The position numbers were made by a program, and so were the translations under genes. From positions 744,001 through 808,000 of the forward strand of contig JBNJNM010000009.1 of NCBI GenBank assembly GCA_052426225.1: 64,000 nt of DNA, written 5' to 3'. Shown here in pieces: positions 58,901 to 64,000 of this stretch. Position 1 is the first letter of the stretch, and each line of letters starts with the position of its first letter. Below the pieces are notes generated by a model. The model saw nothing but the letters and a program-made list of their open reading frames with translations, searched no databases and was not told the origin of the DNA. Source of the DNA: Zancudomyces culisetae HAW-14-8. Its lineage: Eukaryota > Fungi > Kickxellomycota.

Positions 58901-60461
58901 CAAGATTTTTCTGGAAACGTTTGTAGGTACATTCCTAGTTTCTAAATCTGAGGGTTATATAGTTGTTACGAAAAAAAAAAACAAAGGTACAGATAATAAT
59001 AATCTGATTTACACTTGTGGTGCTGGAGAAGAAGAGGTGGAGGTGAGAGAAAGGAAAGAAAAGGAAAGGAAAGGAAAAGGAGTGTACAATATATAAGACA
59101 AAAAAAGGAAATTGGTGAATAGTGTTGAACTACACGAACTGAGCTAATGCCAAAAACACTAAGACCTATTAAGGAGCTAGAAATTAGGATTGATGGTACA
59201 AGTAGGGGGTGGGGTTGTTATTGAAAAGTTAAAGCGGAGTGCATGTGTGTATTTGTTTGTTCGCGTATATTATATTGTTTATTGGCATTGCGTGTGGATA
59301 ATGGACAATTCATAGTATATGATAGTAATATCAACAATAGGTGATTGAAAAAAAAAACCACTAGAGATAATGTAGTTGATGCTGATTTTGATTGTTTATA
59401 CTATTAACTTGTTTTTGCTTGTTTTGGGAGGTGGTGTAGTGAATCAGGGTTTACTTTTGTTTTGAAAAGATTTTGGATTGTTTAAAATAGTGAATGAAAA
59501 GCAAAAAAAATATTATCCTAGAAAACAAGGCAAATTTGGAAATCCGCATTATTTTCAAATGGTAAGAGGCTGCAATCTAAAAAAAAAAGTCAGGGCTAAG
59601 TGCTTGTGTTTTTTTGAGAAACGGTGGTGTAATAATGAATAACGATTGAGTTGAAAAAAATTGCGGAAATAAATGAGTATTAGATAATCGCAAAACAAGC
59701 AAAAAAAAATCAAAAGCATTAATAATTCGCTTTAAATGCAGGAAAAATGTAAACAATACTCATTTTTTTGCTTGAAATATAATGAAAAAAAAGTCAGAAA
59801 ACAAGAACAAAAAAAAGAAGGCTAGACAGATTGATGGTTCAAGGTAGTTCAAGAATTGCTATTATTGCATCCAGCAACTGGCACAAGAACAAACATGGGG
59901 TGGGGTTGGTATAAAGAATAAAATGTTATTACAGCAACCACAACCACAACAGTGTTAGTAGCACTAGGTGAAGTAACAATAGCAGGTTTTCTGGTGGTAG
60001 TTGGATTTTTTTTTTGGTTGTGGTGATTTATTGTCTTTTAAATTGGTTGGGTGAGCGAAAATGGCAAAATAAAAAAGAATTTTAATACATCCAGAAGATT
60101 GATGAATTAAGGGAGGAGTTGGGTAACTCGATTGACTATTTGAGAGAAGAAGCTGAAAAAACAAAAACAAAAACAAAAACAAACAAACTGGAATATCGAA
60201 TTTATTTGTGAATTTGTTATTTATCAATGTTGATATTACGAAGTTTATAATTTTAAATTCATAATCCAAAAGAATCTTTTTTTCCCTCTATTTTATATTG
60301 TATTTACACAAAAATACTATATTCGTAAAGAAAACGGGAGGTATAAAGCCAAATAAATAAATAAGAGACCCAGGTTGATTTAATATTCTCCTAATACTAA
60401 CAACATTATACAAACAAAAAACTGATAAGTCGTAAAAACAAAAAAGAAGGATAATTCAGAA

Positions 60462-61551
60462 ATGGCAAGCCAACCAACAGTAAGACTAGATATTATATTA
60501 TAGACAAGAATGAATGTGAAGTAAAGTAGGGAAATAAATAACAAACAAATAATAAACAAAATAGGCAGTATTACACGACTATGTGGGCTTTGATAATGTC
60601 ACACAACAGATGGAGCGAAAGTTCCTTAAACGGGGAATGAATTTCAACATAATATTGGTTGGAGAGTCGGGAATGGGAAAAACGACATTGGTAAACACAA
60701 TATTTGCAGGACACTTGGTAGACAGCCAGGGAAGACGCACAGTTCAAGGACCACAGCGCAAGACAACAGAGATAGTTCCAACAACCCAAGTAATTGAAGA
60801 GAACAATGTAACACTGAGACTTACAGTTGTAGATACACCAGGGTTCGGAGACCAAACCAACAACGAGGGCTGCTGGGTGCCAGTGATCAAGTACATCAAG
60901 GACCAGCACGCAGCATACCTCGAGCGGGAGCTGAAGCCACAGCGCGAGCGGTCAATCAACGACACACGAGTACACGCATGTTTGTACTTCTTGAACCCAG
61001 GAAGCAAGGGGTTGCGACCAATTGACATTGAGGTGTTGAAGCGATTGACCGAAGTAGTCAACGTTATCCCAGTGCTTGCCAAGGCCGACTCAACCACAGT
61101 CGAAGAGCGTGCAGCATTCAAGAAGCGCATCAAGGAAGAGCTTGCAATGCAGCGCATCCAAGCATACCCTTACCCAAGCGAAGAAGATGACGAAGAAGAC
61201 ATTGCACTGAACAACAAGATCAAGGAATTGTCACCATTTGCTGTTGTCGGTTCAGAAAACGTCTTCAACGAAAACGGTGCGCCTGTCCGCGGCCGCCGCC
61301 ACGCCTGGGGAATCATAAACGTCGACAATCCTGAACACTGCGACTTTGTCCACCTGCGTAACTTTATGCTGCGCACTCATCTCTACGACCTCATTGAAGT
61401 CACCGCCCAGAGACACTACGAATCTTTCCGCACCCAGCAGCTCCGCCAAATCAAAGAAATGCGTGCTGCCCAAGCCCAAAATGCCACACAAATGGCTCAG
61501 CAACAGCAGCAAATCCAACCTGGCGCCACTCTCTTCAAACAACAAGCTTAA
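60462..61551 (+). CDS. CDC10: Septin, Cdc10 group; intron 60480-60564
   Basis: YVGFD..TQQ, GESGMGKTT, DTPGFGD, AKAD, SPFAVVGS, RGRRHAWG, HCDFVHLR; no long C-terminal coiled coil. Confidence 0.9.
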
Positions 61552-61590
61552 TTTTTCCCTTTATTTATTATACTATACTACTTATGTTTA

Positions 61591-62871
61591 TTAATATATC
61601 TCTTTCCCCAATTTTCTCTTTTTAATCAACACTTCCTCCTCGCTTAGAGGTTTATAATACAGCTGTGGCCATGTTTGCGTTCGTTGACGTTCTCTTTTTC
61701 CTTTCATTTCTCTTTCTCTTTCGTCCCTCTCTTCTCTCCCTTCTCTATCTGCCTTAGCTTTGATCAGCATTACCTCTCCTTCTTCCCCTACTTTAAGCTC
61801 CAGTCGCTCATTCTCTGCTCGTGCAGTCTCTTCCTCATCAATCAGCTCCAACATTCGCTGTACTGAGATCCTTCCGCACTCCAGCTGCACCTCTTCTCTC
61901 TCGTCTTTCCTTTCCCTTTCTCTTCCTTGATCTCGCCCATTTTCTCCTCTTACATATGGATACTTGAGCCCATCAAGTCCCATTTGTGCTCGTTGCGCTG
62001 CTTCTGCACTCGAATATTCTACATAACACCGGGATTTGATCTCGTTGAGCCAAAAATCCTTGCGTACTCCTACGCCCCTAAACTGATCAACCAATTCCAG
62101 TATTTGTTTTGTGGTGATTGGTCGCTTTATATTCTTGATATATATAGCTGTATGCCCCTCTACCTGACTCACTGTTTCTCTCTTTTCCTCCTCTTTGTCT
62201 TCCACCATTTCTTGTATATTTGCTTCATCTTCCTCACCACTCTCCATCTCTTCTTCATTAATATATTTTTCTTCCTGCTTTTCTTTTTCTTCCTCCTCCT
62301 CTTCTTTTTGTTTTTCTTCCTCTTTTTTTTCCTCCTCCTCCTCCTCCTCCTCCTCCTTTTTTGCCTGCTCCTGCTTTTCGTTATGTTCTTCTCTCCCCTC
62401 TTTTTGTTCCTCTTGGCTTACTATCTGCTCAATAGTCTCTGCCTCGATTTTGAACTCTTCTTGTACCTCTTGTCTTTTTTCCTCTACTTGTATAGCGATT
62501 GGCGCAGCCATCTGTTCCTCCTCCTCTTTTTTATCAATCTCTTCGGCTGTCTGACTAACCACCTCTTCAACTCCTTGTTCAACTCCTTGTTCAACCATTT
62601 CTCCAGCTTCTTGCTTAGTTTCCTCTTCCTCGGATTGTGTTTCGGTCTGCATATTTGTAGATTCAACCTCTTCTGCACGCATCTCCCCATTTTCTTGAAC
62701 CGGTACTTGTTCTGTTACTTGTTCTGCTACTTGTTCTGCTCCACCGCTTTCCTTATCCAGTGCTTCCTGTAATCTACTTATTAAATCGCTTTTCAACCCA
62801 TTTTTGGGTAATCCTCGTTCCCCCAGTAACGTTTTTAGTTCCGTTACTTTAAGCTGATGTAAATCTTTCAT
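61591..62871 (-). CDS. Acinus-like SAP + RRM + RSB-motif protein
   Basis: SAP LKVTELKTLLGERGLPKNGLKSDLISRL, acidic linker, IYIKNIKRPIT...FWLNEIKSRCYVEY, TQTWPQLYYKPL. Confidence 0.85.
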   Translation of the reverse strand: MKDLHQLKVTELKTLLGERGLPKNGLKSDLISRLQEALDKESGGAEQVAEQVTEQVPVQENGEMRAEEVESTNMQTETQSEEEETKQEAGEMVEQGVEQGVEEVVSQTAEEIDKKEEEEQMAAPIAIQVEEKRQEVQEEFKIEAETIEQIVSQEEQKEGREEHNEKQEQAKKEEEEEEEEEKKEEEKQKEEEEEEKEKQEEKYINEEEMESGEEDEANIQEMVEDKEEEKRETVSQVEGHTAIYIKNIKRPITTKQILELVDQFRGVGVRKDFWLNEIKSRCYVEYSSAEAAQRAQMGLDGLKYPYVRGENGRDQGRERERKDEREEVQLECGRISVQRMLELIDEEETARAENERLELKVGEEGEVMLIKAKADREGREERDEREREMKGKRERQRTQTWPQLYYKPLSEEEVLIKKRKLGKEIY

Positions 62872-63291
62872 TTCTCCTTTTTTTTCACTTCTCTTTACTT
62901 TTCCTTTCCTTTTCGCACTTTTATATACTATTTTCTTATTTATGAGCTTTGAGTTTTTTTTTATTACTTTAGTTAGTTTCCAAATCACGATATTTTAATT
63001 TCTCGATTAAATAAATATATGTTTACTTTTTTCGCGTTTCAAAACATCAATTATAATACTAACACCATTTATTTTAATTACAAAAAGCTCATGCTCCTTT
63101 AAAGTTGTACTAAAACTATAGCCAGTATTGCTTTATTATATCAATATTGTTATTATTATTCGTAAGAATCTTATAAATATGTTATAAAACATCGACTAGA
63201 AACATGTCAAAGAAATAAATCGATAAAAATAATGAGAGGTAGTATTGATCAATTCCAAATATCCATCTGGAATAACTGCTGGCCCCTATTA

Positions 63292-63783
63292 TTATTTCTC
63301 CAAATATCTTGCCAAATCTCTAAGCCCATCTCGTTTCTTGTACTTTCCATCTTCCGCAACCTCAACACCACCGTCTGTACTGAAATCGCCCTTCCATTCC
63401 ACAAATGTCATCATACACTCATCACCTTCCTCGCCTTCCTCTGCAGTGCTGGTAGTTGTTGTGACACGCTTGGCCAGTATTGTATTGGTATACGAGAGAG
63501 CCTTTAGTGGGTGTGAAGATTCGATTACTTCATACGATACTTTGTGTTCTAGCTCAGACAGTTCCACAACGCGATAGACTTGCCATGTTCCGTCTTTAAA
63601 CTGAACCTTTCGAGTGCTACCGAGTTCTAGTGGGCTCTTTGAACCATTGCTGGTGGTTACAAGCTTGGATGATTCTACAAGTGACCAGAATTTTAGATCT
63701 AGCTCTCTAATGGCTGACCATACTTGCTCAATGCTTGCTTTTATTACTATTGATTCTGAGATACCTGAGACTGATCCTACCAT
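63292..63783 (-). CDS. SRPBCC / Bet v1-like (polyketide cyclase-like) protein
   Basis: ESIVIKASIEQVWSAIR, GSTRKVQFKDG, VSYEVIES, TFVEWKGDF. Confidence 0.85.
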   Translation of the reverse strand: MVGSVSGISESIVIKASIEQVWSAIRELDLKFWSLVESSKLVTTSNGSKSPLELGSTRKVQFKDGTWQVYRVVELSELEHKVSYEVIESSHPLKALSYTNTILAKRVTTTTSTAEEGEEGDECMMTFVEWKGDFSTDGGVEVAEDGKYKKRDGLRDLARYLEK

Positions 63784-64000
63784 CCTGTTTTCAAAGCAAG
63801 TTTTTTCTTTCTTTACCTAGAGTTCTGTCTTTATTAGAGTGTAGTTGAACTACTCCTTACAATATTTTTGTTGATAGCGGAAAAGAGAAGAGGGGATTTC
63901 TAAACTGAAATGGTAATACTGTATATAACGGCGAGTACGTTTTGTGTAATATTAATACTTTTCGTTCTATTTCTTGAGTTGTATTTTTTACCCTTTATTA

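Noticed and set aside
56000-60400. Hidden gene, tRNA or ncRNA in the 4.4-kb divergent intergenic region
   Set aside because: The short ORFs have no motifs, and I found no cloverleaf or box motifs by eye. tRNAscan-SE and Rfam would be needed to exclude them.

Overview
Eukaryotic, AT-rich genomic DNA with GT-AG introns and the standard genetic code. It is most likely from an early-diverging fungus; insect-gut Harpellales is my guess from gene content, not something the sequence proves. Bases 1-10.8 kb are a transposon nest. A decayed LINE-like ORF1 is interrupted by a solo LTR, a young near-intact Ty3/Gypsy element and a Tc1 (DD34E) element, and it is bounded by an older Gypsy LTR/gag. The young element has an ORF that starts inside the LTR, crosses the PBS and meets gag-pol at an in-frame TAA-ATG. 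The 3' LTR copy of that ORF reads out in frame into a host-site zinc knuckle. Bases 11-38 kb are an accessory zone: a secreted IPGTT-repeat protein, an array of F-box-like/ankyrin paralogs (one intact, others damaged, with a gene-conversion tract), a long metallothionein and an atypical P450. Bases 38-64 kb are mostly core genes: a Fungal_trans-type factor with a 13-nt micro-exon, VMA1, DPH3, a Nox-like flavocytochrome preceded by five ATCWGATAA iron-GATA boxes, a second IPGTT/mucin protein, YjbQ/UPF0047, REG1-like, a CDC10-type septin, Acinus-like and an SRPBCC protein. All calls come from manual reading and motif recognition; no searches were run.
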